Shown: in pieces, positions 10,163 through 19,194 of the stretch
How the letters are laid out: each line of letters starts with the position of its first letter
How positions within the stretch are numbered: position 1 is the stretch's first letter
Assembly: GCA_963785725.1 (NCBI GenBank)
Contig: CAWAWS010000038.1
Location: forward strand, 19,397-83,396
DNA: 64,000 nt
Direction: 5' to 3'
DNA from: an uncultured delta proteobacterium
GTDB lineage: Bacteria; Myxococcota_A; Polyangia; Palsa-1104
Position numbers and translations under genes: made by a program
Notes under the pieces: generated by a model
The model's database searches: none
The model's input: the letters and a program-made list of their open reading frames with translations, nothing else
Told to the model about the DNA's origin: nothing

Positions 10163-12157
10163 ATGCGCACTCCCGGTCAGGCGCCAGTGCTGCCGTCGCT
10201 GAAGGTGGCGGCCAACGTCGCATCCGATCTACGAGCCGGCACGGCGCGCGAGTGGCTCGAGACCAACGGCCTCGGCAGCTTCGCCGCCGGCACGGTCGCC
10301 GGCCCGTCGACGCGCCGCTATCACGCCATCTTGTGCGCCGCGACGCGCCCGCCGTCGGCGCGCATGGTGCTCGTCAACCGCCTCGAGGAGTTCGTCGTCC
10401 TCGATGGTACGCTGTACGAATTATCGACGAGCTTCTTCCCCGGCGCCGTGCATCCCGAGGGTTATCGCGCCATCGTCGGCTTTCGGCTCGATCCCTGGCC
10501 GACGTGGACGCTGCGCGTCGGCCCGGCGCTGCTCGAGCGCCAGCTGTTCATGCCGCACGGCCGGCAAATGACCGTCGTCACCTGGCGCATGATCGAGGCC
10601 GGCGGCAGCGGCCACGCGCGCCTGTTCGTCAAGCCGATGATATCGGGCCGCGATTATCACGCGCTCCATTTACGCAACGACGTCTTGAACCCCAACGTCT
10701 CGGGCGGCGAAGGCCTGGTCGTCCTGCGTCCTTATTCAGATGTACCGGAAACCTATATTCATCATAACGGGTTATTTCGCGCCAAACCCGATTGGTACAT
10801 GCAGTTCGAATATCCGATCGAGCACGAGCGCGGCCTCGAATCGCACGAAGATCTGTTCACGCCCGGCGAGCTGCAGTTCGACTTGACGGCGGAGACGCCG
10901 GCCGTCGCCGTCTTCTCCGTCGAGCCGCCCGGCGACGAGATCAGCGCCACCGCGCTGGCGCACGGCGAGCGCGATCGCCGCGCCGCGCTCGTCAGCGACG
11001 TCAGCGACGACTTGGAGGCGCAGCTCATGTTCGCGGGCGAGAAGTTCATCGTCCGCCGCGGCGAGCATCGCACGCTCATCGCCGGCTATCCGTGGTTCAC
11101 CGACTGGGGCCGCGACACCTTCATCGCGCTGCCCGGCCTGGCGCTGTCGACCGGCTGGCTGGCCTTGGCGCGCGAGCTCTTGCTCGCGTGGGCGCCGACC
11201 GTTCGCGACGGCCTCATCCCCAACCGCTTCAGCGACGGCAACGACCTGCCCGAATACAACTCGGTCGACGCGCCGTTGTGGTTCGTGCTCGCCGTCGCGC
11301 GCTTCGCCGACGCGCTCGAAGCGGCCGGCGGCGGCCGCGCCAGCGACGAAGATCCGTCGACCATGGCGCGCCTGCTTCCGGCCGTGCGCGCCATCATCGA
11401 CGGCTACCTCGGCGGGACGCGGCTGCACATCGGCGTCGACGACGACGGCCTCGTCCACGCCGCCGAGCCCGGTCGGCAGCTGACGTGGATGGACGCCAAA
11501 GTCGGCGATTGGGTGGTCACGCCGCGCCAAGGCAAGCCCGTCGAAATCCAGGCGCTGTGGGTCGCCGCGCTGGAAGCCACCGCTCGCCTCTGCGCCGGCG
11601 ACGACGACGGCTACGCGCACGAGCTCGGCGACCGCGCCGCCTGGGCGCGCAGCTCCTTCGCCGCTCTGTTCTGGTGCGAGGAGAAAGGCTGGCTCTACGA
11701 CGTCGTCACCGACCGCCGCCAGCGCGACGCCACGCTGCGCCCGAACCAGCTCTACGCGCTCGGCCTGACCACGCCGCTCGTCGACGCCGCCAAAGCCGAG
11801 CGCGTCCTGTCCGTGTGCGAGCGCGAGCTGGTCACGCCCGTCGGCTTACGCAGCCGCGCCCGCGGCGACGGCTACTGCCCGCGCTTCGAAGGCGACGTCC
11901 GCGCGCGCGACGCCGCCTATCACCAAGGCACCGTGTGGCCGTACCTGCTCGGCATCTACGCCGACGCCTGCCAGCGCGTGCGCGGCGCCGTGCCGCCCGG
12001 CCTGCTCGACGGCCTGCGCGCGCACTTGGGCGGCGAAGGCTTGGGCTCGCTCGCCGAAATCTTCGATGGCGACCCGCCGCATCAGCCGCGCGGCTGTCCC
12101 GCGCAAGCCTGGAGCGTCGCCGAAACCTTGCGTATCTTGCGCGCGTACGGCTGCTGA
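10163..12157 (+). CDS. Glycogen debranching enzyme / amylo-alpha-1,6-glucosidase (GDE_N plus GDE_C)
   Basis: REWLETNGLG, TRRYH, AGYPWFTDWGRDTFIALPG, LTWMDAK, RPNQL, AYHQGTVWP, GCPAQAWSVAE. Confidence 0.93.
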   Translation: MRTPGQAPVLPSLKVAANVASDLRAGTAREWLETNGLGSFAAGTVAGPSTRRYHAILCAATRPPSARMVLVNRLEEFVVLDGTLYELSTSFFPGAVHPEGYRAIVGFRLDPWPTWTLRVGPALLERQLFMPHGRQMTVVTWRMIEAGGSGHARLFVKPMISGRDYHALHLRNDVLNPNVSGGEGLVVLRPYSDVPETYIHHNGLFRAKPDWYMQFEYPIEHERGLESHEDLFTPGELQFDLTAETPAVAVFSVEPPGDEISATALAHGERDRRAALVSDVSDDLEAQLMFAGEKFIVRRGEHRTLIAGYPWFTDWGRDTFIALPGLALSTGWLALARELLLAWAPTVRDGLIPNRFSDGNDLPEYNSVDAPLWFVLAVARFADALEAAGGGRASDEDPSTMARLLPAVRAIIDGYLGGTRLHIGVDDDGLVHAAEPGRQLTWMDAKVGDWVVTPRQGKPVEIQALWVAALEATARLCAGDDDGYAHELGDRAAWARSSFAALFWCEEKGWLYDVVTDRRQRDATLRPNQLYALGLTTPLVDAAKAERVLSVCERELVTPVGLRSRARGDGYCPRFEGDVRARDAAYHQGTVWPYLLGIYADACQRVRGAVPPGLLDGLRAHLGGEGLGSLAEIFDGDPPHQPRGCPAQAWSVAETLRILRAYGC

Positions 12158-12158
12158 G

Positions 12159-12215
12159 TGGTTCAACGTTGAACGATCGGCCGATGCCGATTGGTTCGAC
12201 GTTGAACGATCAGCC
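12159..12215. repeat. Two-copy direct repeat (33-bp period) containing the palindrome GTTCAACGTTGAAC, between convergent genes
   Basis: TGGTTC(A/G)ACGTTGAACGATC at 12159 and 12192. Confidence 0.75.
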
Positions 12216-13220
12216 CAGGTCTTCGATGGCGGTGTAGTCGACGGCGACGGGCGAGGCGACGGGCTGGAAGCTGGCGCCGCCGTCGAGCGTGTGCAGGATG
12301 GTGCCGGAGGCGCCGACGGTCCAGCCTTCGGCGGGCACGCTGTCGACGGACCAGTAGTCGGAGAAGCCGATGGCGTTCAAGTCGGCGCCGCCGCCGCCGA
12401 CACGCGCGAAGGTGGCGCCGTTGTCGCTCACGTTCGTGGAGCGCCAGATGAGGCCGCCGGCGCCGACGGCGATGATGCGGCTGCCGTCGTTGCTGATGCT
12501 GACGCCGCGCAGGTCGGCGGGCGCGGTCGCGGCCGCGCGCCAGCTGTCGCCGCCGTCGCTGGAGAGCATGACGAGGCCGCCGTCGCCGATGAGCACGCCG
12601 TGCCGCGCGTCGGCGGCGAAGCGCACGCCGAGCCAGCGGTTGGCGGGCAAGCCGGCGGCGATCGTGAAGTCGTGGCCGCCGTCGCTGGAGACGAGCAGCA
12701 CGCCGTCGCCGGCGATCCAGGCGCGCGAGCGGTCGCTGGCGACGGCCGCGGCGCGCAAGGTCGTGCTGCCGTCGAGGCCGGGCACGCTGATGGGGCTCCA
12801 CGTCGTGCCGCTGTCGCTGGAGACGAGGAGCGTCGCGTCGTCACCGGCGGCGAAGCCGAAGAAGTTGTCGGCGAAGGCGACGGCGCGCAGCGTCGTCGTG
12901 ACGCCGGTCGTGCGTGCCGTCCAGTCGACGCCGCCGTCGACGGTCGAGAGCAGGACGCCGCCGGCGCCCGCCGTCCAGCCGACCTGCTGCCCGACGCAAA
13001 AGAGGGTCAAGAGGTCGGCGGAGGTGCCCGATTGCCGCGTCGTGTAGTGCACGCCGTCGGTGCTGGCGGCGAGCGTGCCTTTGTCGCCGGAGAGCCAGTT
13101 CTTGCTGCCGCCGCCGCTGCTCCCGCCGCCGCTGCCGCCGCCACTCCCACCGCCGCCGCCGCCGCAACCGCCGACGGTCACTACGCAGGCCAAGGCTAAA
13201 GACAAAGATAAAGAACGCAT
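12210..13220 (-). CDS. YCF48/BNR-repeat beta-propeller lipoprotein
   Basis: Signal peptide with Cys, poly-Gly linker, repeated (S/T)xDGGxxW motifs. Confidence 0.85.
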   Translation of the reverse strand: MRSLSLSLALACVVTVGGCGGGGGGSGGGSGGGSSGGGSKNWLSGDKGTLAASTDGVHYTTRQSGTSADLLTLFCVGQQVGWTAGAGGVLLSTVDGGVDWTARTTGVTTTLRAVAFADNFFGFAAGDDATLLVSSDSGTTWSPISVPGLDGSTTLRAAAVASDRSRAWIAGDGVLLVSSDGGHDFTIAAGLPANRWLGVRFAADARHGVLIGDGGLVMLSSDGGDSWRAAATAPADLRGVSISNDGSRIIAVGAGGLIWRSTNVSDNGATFARVGGGGADLNAIGFSDYWSVDSVPAEGWTVGASGTILHTLDGGASFQPVASPVAVDYTAIEDLG

Positions 13221-13259
13221 GACTGCACCTCTTGGCTACCTCCGGTATGATTACGGAGG

Positions 13260-13775
13260 ATGAACCGCAGAACCTTCGTCAAGCGCGGCCTGTGGGGCGG
13301 ACTGCTGCTCGCCGCCGGTGGCTCGCTCGGCCTCGGTCTGTGGCCCAGTGCTATGATGCGCCCTCCCAAGCGCGCGTTACAAGCGCTGGACCCGCGCCAA
13401 TTTGCCATCCTCGCCGCCGTCGCCGCGCGCACGGTGGTCGCGACCGACGCCGACCCGGTCGAGATCGCCCACCGCTGCGACGAGCGCTTGGCGATCGCCT
13501 ATCCCGAAGTGCGTCACGACTTCGGCCAGCTGCTGCTGCTCTTGGAGAATGGGCTCACCGGCCTGTTGCTCGACGGACGCGCGCGGCCGTTCACGCGGCT
13601 GTCGCCGGAAGCGCAAGACGCGGCGCTCTACGACTGGCGCGACTCGCGGCTGGCCCTGCGTCGCGGCGGCTACGCGGCGCTGCGCAAGCTGACGCAAGCC
13701 GTCTGGTATGGCCCGCCCGCCGGCTGGCCCGACACCGGTTATCCCGGACCGCCGACCTTCGCGAGCAAATCATGA
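13260..13775 (+). CDS. Tat-signal partner subunit of GMC oxidoreductase (gluconate 2-dehydrogenase subunit 3-like)
   Basis: MNRRTFVK twin-arginine motif, FTRLSPEAQD, C-terminal GYPGPP. ATGA-coupled to the GMC gene. Confidence 0.8.
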   Translation: MNRRTFVKRGLWGGLLLAAGGSLGLGLWPSAMMRPPKRALQALDPRQFAILAAVAARTVVATDADPVEIAHRCDERLAIAYPEVRHDFGQLLLLLENGLTGLLLDGRARPFTRLSPEAQDAALYDWRDSRLALRRGGYAALRKLTQAVWYGPPAGWPDTGYPGPPTFASKS

Positions 13776-15313
13776 GCGGCAGCTTCATCGACGGTCGCAC
13801 GCTCGCCGACGGCGCCATCGTCAAAGCCGACGTCTGCGTCATCGGCTCGGGCGCCGGCGGTGCCGTCACCGCCGCGCAGCTGGCCCTAGCCGGCTTCGAC
13901 GTGCTCGTCGTCGAAGAGGGCGGACATCACACGCGCCCCGAATTCATCATGCGCGAAGACGTCAACTTCCCGATGCTCTATCAGGAAGCGGGCGGGCGGA
14001 TGACGAAGGATCTGGCGCTCAACGTCTTGCAGGGCCGCGCCGTCGGCGGCTCGACGGTCGTCAATTGGACGACGAGCTTTCGCACGCCCGACGCCGTCTA
14101 CGATCATTGGCGGACGCAACACGCCGTCGCCGGCATCAGCATCGCCGACCTGAATCCGCACTGGGACGTCATCGAGCAGCGGCTCAACATCCAAAAGATT
14201 CCGTACGAAGAGACCAACCGCAACAATCGTACGCTGTACGACGGCTGCAAGCTGCTCGGGCTCGCCGTCGACACGACGAAGCGCAACGTCAAAGGCTGCA
14301 TGAAGAGCGGCTACTGCGGCATGGGCTGTCCCATCGACGCCAAGCAGTCGATGCTCGTCACCTACTTGCCCGACGCCGTCGCCGCCGGCGCGCGCGTGTT
14401 GTCGCGCTGTCGCGTCGATCGCCTGCTCGGCGACGGCGCCTCGAGCATCGGCGGCGCCGCCTGCACCATCTTGGGCGACGACGGCTACAACAGCGCCGGC
14501 AAGCGCGTCACCATCGCCGCTGGCCGCTTCGTCCTGAGCGCGGGCGGCATCGGCTCGCCGGCGATCCTCATTCGCTCCGGCTTGGGCGGCCCCTTCGTCG
14601 GCCGGCAGACGTGGCTGCATCCCGTCGCCGGCTTGGCCGCGCGCTGGAAGGAGCCGGTCGAGCCCTACTACGGCGCGCCGCAGTCGGTGGCCTCGCATGC
14701 GCATGCCCATCGCGGCGATGACGTCGGGCTGTTCTACGAAGCGGCGCCGCTGCATCCGATGATGGCGACGGTGGTGCTGCCGGGCATCGGCAAGTGGCAC
14801 CAGGAGCAGATGAAGCAGCTGCCGTTTACGACGGCGCACATCGCGCTGGCGATCGACGGCTTCCACGCGTCGGAGAAGGGCGGCACGGTGACGGTGCGCA
14901 AGTCGGGCGCGCCGCTCGTCGACTATCCGCTGCCGCCGCGCGTGCTGGAGGCGCTGCGCTTCGGGCTGAAGACATTGGCGCGCATCGACTTCGCGGCCGG
15001 CGCGCAAGAGCTGTCGATGGGCGAGTTCCCGACGCTGACGCTGCGCTCGCCGGCAGATCTGCAGCTGATCGACCACTACGACATGACGAAGATGACGCTG
15101 TTCTCGGCGCACGTCATGGGCGGCTGCAAGATGGGCGACGATCCGTCACGCGCCGTCGTGCGCTCGAGCGATCTGCGCCATCATCAGCTCGAGAACTTGC
15201 ACATCGTCGACGGCAGCGTGTTTCCGACGTCGCTCGGCGTCAATCCGCAGGAGTCGATCTACGGCCTGGCGCACCTCGTGTCGTCGCGGCTCGTGCACAG
15301 CTGGAAGGCGTAG
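13772..15313 (+). CDS. GMC-family FAD oxidoreductase (fatty alcohol oxidase-like)
   Basis: VIGSGAGG, GRAVGGSTVVN, CxxSGxCxMGC, SAHVMGGCKMG, DGSVFPTSLGVNPQ. Start MSGSFIDG. Confidence 0.92.
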   Translation: MSGSFIDGRTLADGAIVKADVCVIGSGAGGAVTAAQLALAGFDVLVVEEGGHHTRPEFIMREDVNFPMLYQEAGGRMTKDLALNVLQGRAVGGSTVVNWTTSFRTPDAVYDHWRTQHAVAGISIADLNPHWDVIEQRLNIQKIPYEETNRNNRTLYDGCKLLGLAVDTTKRNVKGCMKSGYCGMGCPIDAKQSMLVTYLPDAVAAGARVLSRCRVDRLLGDGASSIGGAACTILGDDGYNSAGKRVTIAAGRFVLSAGGIGSPAILIRSGLGGPFVGRQTWLHPVAGLAARWKEPVEPYYGAPQSVASHAHAHRGDDVGLFYEAAPLHPMMATVVLPGIGKWHQEQMKQLPFTTAHIALAIDGFHASEKGGTVTVRKSGAPLVDYPLPPRVLEALRFGLKTLARIDFAAGAQELSMGEFPTLTLRSPADLQLIDHYDMTKMTLFSAHVMGGCKMGDDPSRAVVRSSDLRHHQLENLHIVDGSVFPTSLGVNPQESIYGLAHLVSSRLVHSWKA

Positions 15314-15316
15314 CCG

Positions 15317-16267
15317 CTACGGGCGAAATGTCAGGCCGAGCGTGATGTCGTAGCTGACGCGCGTCGGATCGGGATCCGTATTCTCCGCGACGAGCCCGAA
15401 GCGCGGGCTGAAGTCGAGCGCCAGCGCCCAGCGTCGCGACAGCCACCACTTGCCCGTGACCTTGCCGCCGACGGTCCAGCCGGTCTCGAGCTCGGACGGC
15501 GCGTCGATGGCGTTGCCTTGCCGGTAAAAGGCGCCGAAGCCGAGACCGAGTCGACGACCGAGCCAGAACGTGGCCGCGAAGTCGAGGCCGAAGCCCGACT
15601 GGATGAGCTGCCAGCCGCCGGCGAGCTCGATGTGCCGATGCACGACGGAATAGACGCGCACGCCGACGTGGCCCCAATAGCCGACGCGCCAGTCGGCGTC
15701 GTCGAGCTGGAAGGCGGTGGCGCCCCACGTCGCCCACAGTCGCGTGTTGGCGAGGCGTACGCCGACGGCGACTTGGAACGGCAGTCGCTGCTCGTCGCTG
15801 GAGCAGGTCTGGAGCACGCAGATGTCGTTCATGCTGGGATTGTCCGACGGTTCGGTGAACGTGGTGACCGAGCGGCCATAGCCGAAGGCGCCGCCGACGT
15901 AGAGGTAGCGGCCGAGGTAGCCGTCGGCGTGAGCGGCGATGCCGAAGCTGTTGACGTCGCGTCGGACGGTGCCGTCTTCGAAGTAGTCTTCGGCGAAGGC
16001 GCCACGCGCCGTGAACGAGAAGCGCGCCACGCGCTGCAGGAACGGCTGCAGCGCCGGCGGCGCGTCGTCGTCGACCACGCGGCGCGAAAAGACGGTCAGC
16101 GAGATCTTCTGCCCGCTTGCAATTCGCAGTCGATTGGCGATGGTCTCGTCGTCCCACTGGTCGCTGGCCGGGGCGATGACGAGGCCAAAATCGAGCTGCA
16201 AGCGGCTCGACTCGCCGCTCGGCGGCAGCGCGAACACGAACGCCAACGGGACCATCAGCTGGAACAT
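15317..16267 (-). CDS. Hypothetical exported protein, probable outer-membrane beta-barrel
   Basis: N-terminal hydrophobic leader, alternating aromatic/Gly strands, C-terminal LGLTFRP. Confidence 0.6.
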   Translation of the reverse strand: MFQLMVPLAFVFALPPSGESSRLQLDFGLVIAPASDQWDDETIANRLRIASGQKISLTVFSRRVVDDDAPPALQPFLQRVARFSFTARGAFAEDYFEDGTVRRDVNSFGIAAHADGYLGRYLYVGGAFGYGRSVTTFTEPSDNPSMNDICVLQTCSSDEQRLPFQVAVGVRLANTRLWATWGATAFQLDDADWRVGYWGHVGVRVYSVVHRHIELAGGWQLIQSGFGLDFAATFWLGRRLGLGFGAFYRQGNAIDAPSELETGWTVGGKVTGKWWLSRRWALALDFSPRFGLVAENTDPDPTRVSYDITLGLTFRP

Positions 16268-16351
16268 CTACGGCCGATTGTCACTCGCGCGTCGGCTGCC
16301 GTCGATGATGCCGCGCACGCACGCCCGGCACGCGGCGGCTTTGACCGCGCG

Positions 16352-18067
16352 CTAGCGAATGTGGTTGGTCGGCTCGTCGCGGCGGCGCATGCGGCCCGAC
16401 GTCGCCTCGCCCGTCACGCCGAGCACGATCAGCGTCAGATCGTCCGACTGCGGCGCGTCGGCGACGTGCTCGCGCAGATCGCGCTGCAGGCGATCGGCGA
16501 CGTCCTTCGGCCGCGACGAGCCCGACGACAGCGACAGCTCGAGCCGCTCGAAGCCGAACTGCTCGCCGCCTTCGTCCGTCGCCTCGAGCACGCCGTCGGT
16601 GCAGATGACGAGCGCGTCGCCGGGCTCGAGCTGCAGCGTCGTCTGCTCGTAGGTCGCTTCGTCGAAGATGCCGATGGCCGTGCCCGAGCCGCCCTCGACG
16701 CGCAGGAGCTCGCCGCGCGCGCGCTTGCGAATGAACGGCGGCAAATGCCCGGCGTTGGCCAGCGTCACCTGCTTGGTCACGACGTCGAGCGTCAGGTAGA
16801 TGCCGGTGACGAAGATGTCGTGCTGCTTGCGCTCGAGCACCGCCTGATTCACGCGCGAGATCGCGCGCGCCGGCTCGGCCTCGGCCAGCGCCGACAAGCG
16901 CAGATCGGACGTGATGCGCGCCATCAACAGCGCGGCCGACACGCCTTTGCCGGAGACGTCGCCGATGAAGACGCCGATGCGCTCCTTGTCGAGCCAAAAG
17001 AGGTCGTAGAAGTCGCCGCCGACCGAATAGGCGGGGCGATAGTCGGTGATGAACTCCATGCCCTCCACCGACGGCAACTGGCGCGGCAGGAAGGACTTTT
17101 GGATCTGCTCGGCGAGCAGCAGATCTTGCTGCAGCCGCTGCTGCTTCAGCGACTCCTGATGCATGCGCGCGTTTTGCAACGCCATCGCCGCCTGCGACGC
17201 CAAGCCGGTCAGCAGATCGAGATCGTGCTGGTTGAACTCGACGAGGCCGGCGTCGTCGCCACGCACGTGCAAGACGCCGAGCACGTCGTTGCCGAAGATC
17301 ATGGGCGCGTGCATCGCCAGACCGCCGGCGCGCCGCGAGCCGGGCACGACCGGCGCCGACAAGATGGCGCGCCCTTTGGCCACCACCTCGTCGTGAAACA
17401 GAAACGGCAGCGTCGACAGCTTCGGCGGCGTGCCGTCACGACTGGCGACCTTGCGCGGCTCCATCGTGTCCGTCGCCGGCTCGCGCACGTACACCGCCAC
17501 CGCTTGCGCCGTCGGAAACACGTCGAGCAGGTTGCGCAAGATGCGCTCGTGCAGCTGCCCTTGCTCGAGCGTCGTCGCGATCGACTGCGTGAATGCGTAC
17601 AGCGTACGCAGCTTGCGATCGGCGTCCTCGAGCTCGTGCAGCCCCGGCGCCACGCCCGGATTCGTCGCCAAGGACGCGTCCAGCGAGTCGATGATCTGCG
17701 ACGGCGGATCGGCGCCGACCTGCGTCATCACCTCCATGAAGCGACCGGGCCGTTGCAGCGGTCCGGTGCGCGGCTCCAGCGTCTCCTGCGACTCGAACTT
17801 GAAGCTGAAGGGGCCGAAGCGCACGACGTCGTCGGGGCTCAGCTTCTGCCGCTTGACCTGCACGTCGTTGACGAAGGTGCCGTTGGCGCTGTTGAGATCG
17901 TACACCACATGGCCGCCGGGCTCGGGCGACACCTTGGCGTGCTGCCGCGACACGCGCGTGTCGTCGAGCACGACGTGGTTGTACGGCCCGCGCCCAACCA
18001 GGCACGGCGCCTCGAGCGTGAAGCGTCGACCGACGAGCTCGCCGTCGACCGCGACCAGCCAGGCCAT
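16352..18067 (-). CDS. FHA-GAF-SpoIIE (PP2C) serine phosphatase
   Basis: FHA (VGRG..VSRQHA..DLNSANGTFVN), GAF, and SpoIIE motifs (VGGDFYD, IGDVSGKG, NAGHLPP, TDGVLE, DDLT). Confidence 0.93.
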   Translation of the reverse strand: MAWLVAVDGELVGRRFTLEAPCLVGRGPYNHVVLDDTRVSRQHAKVSPEPGGHVVYDLNSANGTFVNDVQVKRQKLSPDDVVRFGPFSFKFESQETLEPRTGPLQRPGRFMEVMTQVGADPPSQIIDSLDASLATNPGVAPGLHELEDADRKLRTLYAFTQSIATTLEQGQLHERILRNLLDVFPTAQAVAVYVREPATDTMEPRKVASRDGTPPKLSTLPFLFHDEVVAKGRAILSAPVVPGSRRAGGLAMHAPMIFGNDVLGVLHVRGDDAGLVEFNQHDLDLLTGLASQAAMALQNARMHQESLKQQRLQQDLLLAEQIQKSFLPRQLPSVEGMEFITDYRPAYSVGGDFYDLFWLDKERIGVFIGDVSGKGVSAALLMARITSDLRLSALAEAEPARAISRVNQAVLERKQHDIFVTGIYLTLDVVTKQVTLANAGHLPPFIRKRARGELLRVEGGSGTAIGIFDEATYEQTTLQLEPGDALVICTDGVLEATDEGGEQFGFERLELSLSSGSSRPKDVADRLQRDLREHVADAPQSDDLTLIVLGVTGEATSGRMRRRDEPTNHIR

Positions 18068-18074
18068 GGCAGCC

Positions 18075-18416
18075 TCAGCTCCGCAGCTTACCGACTGCGT
18101 CTTCGAGCGAAGGATGGAGATCGAGCGAGCGATCGAGCCGCAAGAGGCGAAAGATCTCTTTGGGCTGCGCCGCGAGGCCGGCGAAATGCACGGCGCCACC
18201 GAGCGCGCGCACGCGCTTGAAGAGCGAGATCAGCACGCCCACGCCCGTCGAATCGATGAGCGTCAGCTGCGCCAAGTCGACGGCGACCTTGAGCTTCTTG
18301 GCGTCGGCGATGGCGATGACCTCCTGCTTCAGGCCAGCTGCCGTGGCGGCGTCGAGGTTCCCTGAGAGCGAGAGCACGCTCACGCCCTCTCGCTCGTTAC
18401 GCTCGAAGCTGAACAT
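18075..18416 (-). CDS. STAS anti-sigma factor antagonist
   Basis: LSGNLDAATA, IDSTGVGVL with phosphoacceptor Ser; 113 aa. Confidence 0.92.
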   Translation of the reverse strand: MFSFERNEREGVSVLSLSGNLDAATAAGLKQEVIAIADAKKLKVAVDLAQLTLIDSTGVGVLISLFKRVRALGGAVHFAGLAAQPKEIFRLLRLDRSLDLHPSLEDAVGKLRS

Positions 18417-18436
18417 GGACGCTAGCGTACCACAGC

Positions 18437-19123
18437 CTAAGGATTGAAGCGGTAGCCCACGCCGCGCACCGTCTCGATGTAGCGCGGCGCGTCGGGATCG
18501 TCCTCGATCTTGGCGCGCAGGCGGGCGACGAAGTTGTCGACCGTTCGCATCGTCCCGAAGTGATCGGGTCCCCACACCTGCTGCATGAGCTGCTCGCGCG
18601 AGAAGGCCACGCCCGGATTGGCGTGCAAGAAGCGCAGGAGATCGAACTCGCGCGCCGTGGAGTCGACCTCGGCGCCGTTGACCATGATGCGGCGGCCGGC
18701 CATGTCGAGCTCGACGGGGCCGAAGCGCACTTCGTTGCCGCTGATCGGGCTGCGCCGCCGTCGCCGTCGCAAGGCCGCGCGAATGCGGGCCACGACCTCG
18801 ACGATCGAGAACGGCTTGGTGACGTAATCGTCGGCGCCCAGCGTCAGGCCGAGCACTTTGTCGCCCTCTTGATCCTTGGCCGACAGCACGATGACCGGCG
18901 TATCCAAGTCCTCGGCGCGCACCGACCGCAAGACGCCGATGCCGTCGAGCTTGGGCAGCATCATGTCGAGCAAGATCAGATCGGGCTTGTGCGAGCGCAG
19001 GAGCTTGAGCGCCTCTTCACCATCGCGCGCGCAGATCGTGCGAAAGCCTTCGAGCCCGAGGTTCATCTGCAGGCCCTTCAAGATCGACGCGTCATCCTCG
19101 ACGATCAATACGCAATCGGCCAT
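18437..19123 (-). CDS. OmpR-family response regulator
   Basis: IVEDD, LLDMMLP, GADDYVTKPF, winged helix ETVRGVGY. Confidence 0.95.
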   Translation of the reverse strand: MADCVLIVEDDASILKGLQMNLGLEGFRTICARDGEEALKLLRSHKPDLILLDMMLPKLDGIGVLRSVRAEDLDTPVIVLSAKDQEGDKVLGLTLGADDYVTKPFSIVEVVARIRAALRRRRRRSPISGNEVRFGPVELDMAGRRIMVNGAEVDSTAREFDLLRFLHANPGVAFSREQLMQQVWGPDHFGTMRTVDNFVARLRAKIEDDPDAPRYIETVRGVGYRFNP

Positions 19124-19194
19124 CAGCGCGCGCCTCGTGAGCTGCGACCGAGCCGAACCGAGCGCGGCGTCATGGCCGCGAGGCGAACGCTCAA
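19123..19194 (-). repeat. 72-nt intergenic mini-ORF / MIRU-like element coupling kinase to regulator
   Basis: TTG overlaps the kinase stop (TTGA); its TGA overlaps the regulator ATG (TGATG). Shares CGCAGCTC(A)CGAGGC with the 54.2-kb repeat. Confidence 0.55.

Noticed and set aside
13232..13771. N-terminal extensions of track ORFs (GMC 693 aa, ABC ATPase 509 aa, MltA 637 aa, TetR 545 aa, Gly-rich 800 aa) as fusions
   Set aside because: The extensions overlap real neighbouring genes in other frames; downstream starts with stop/start overlaps or signal peptides fit better.
15518..18220. 900-aa plus-strand ORF
   Set aside because: Antisense shadow of the FHA-GAF-SpoIIE and barrel genes, caused by high-GC codon bias; no motifs.
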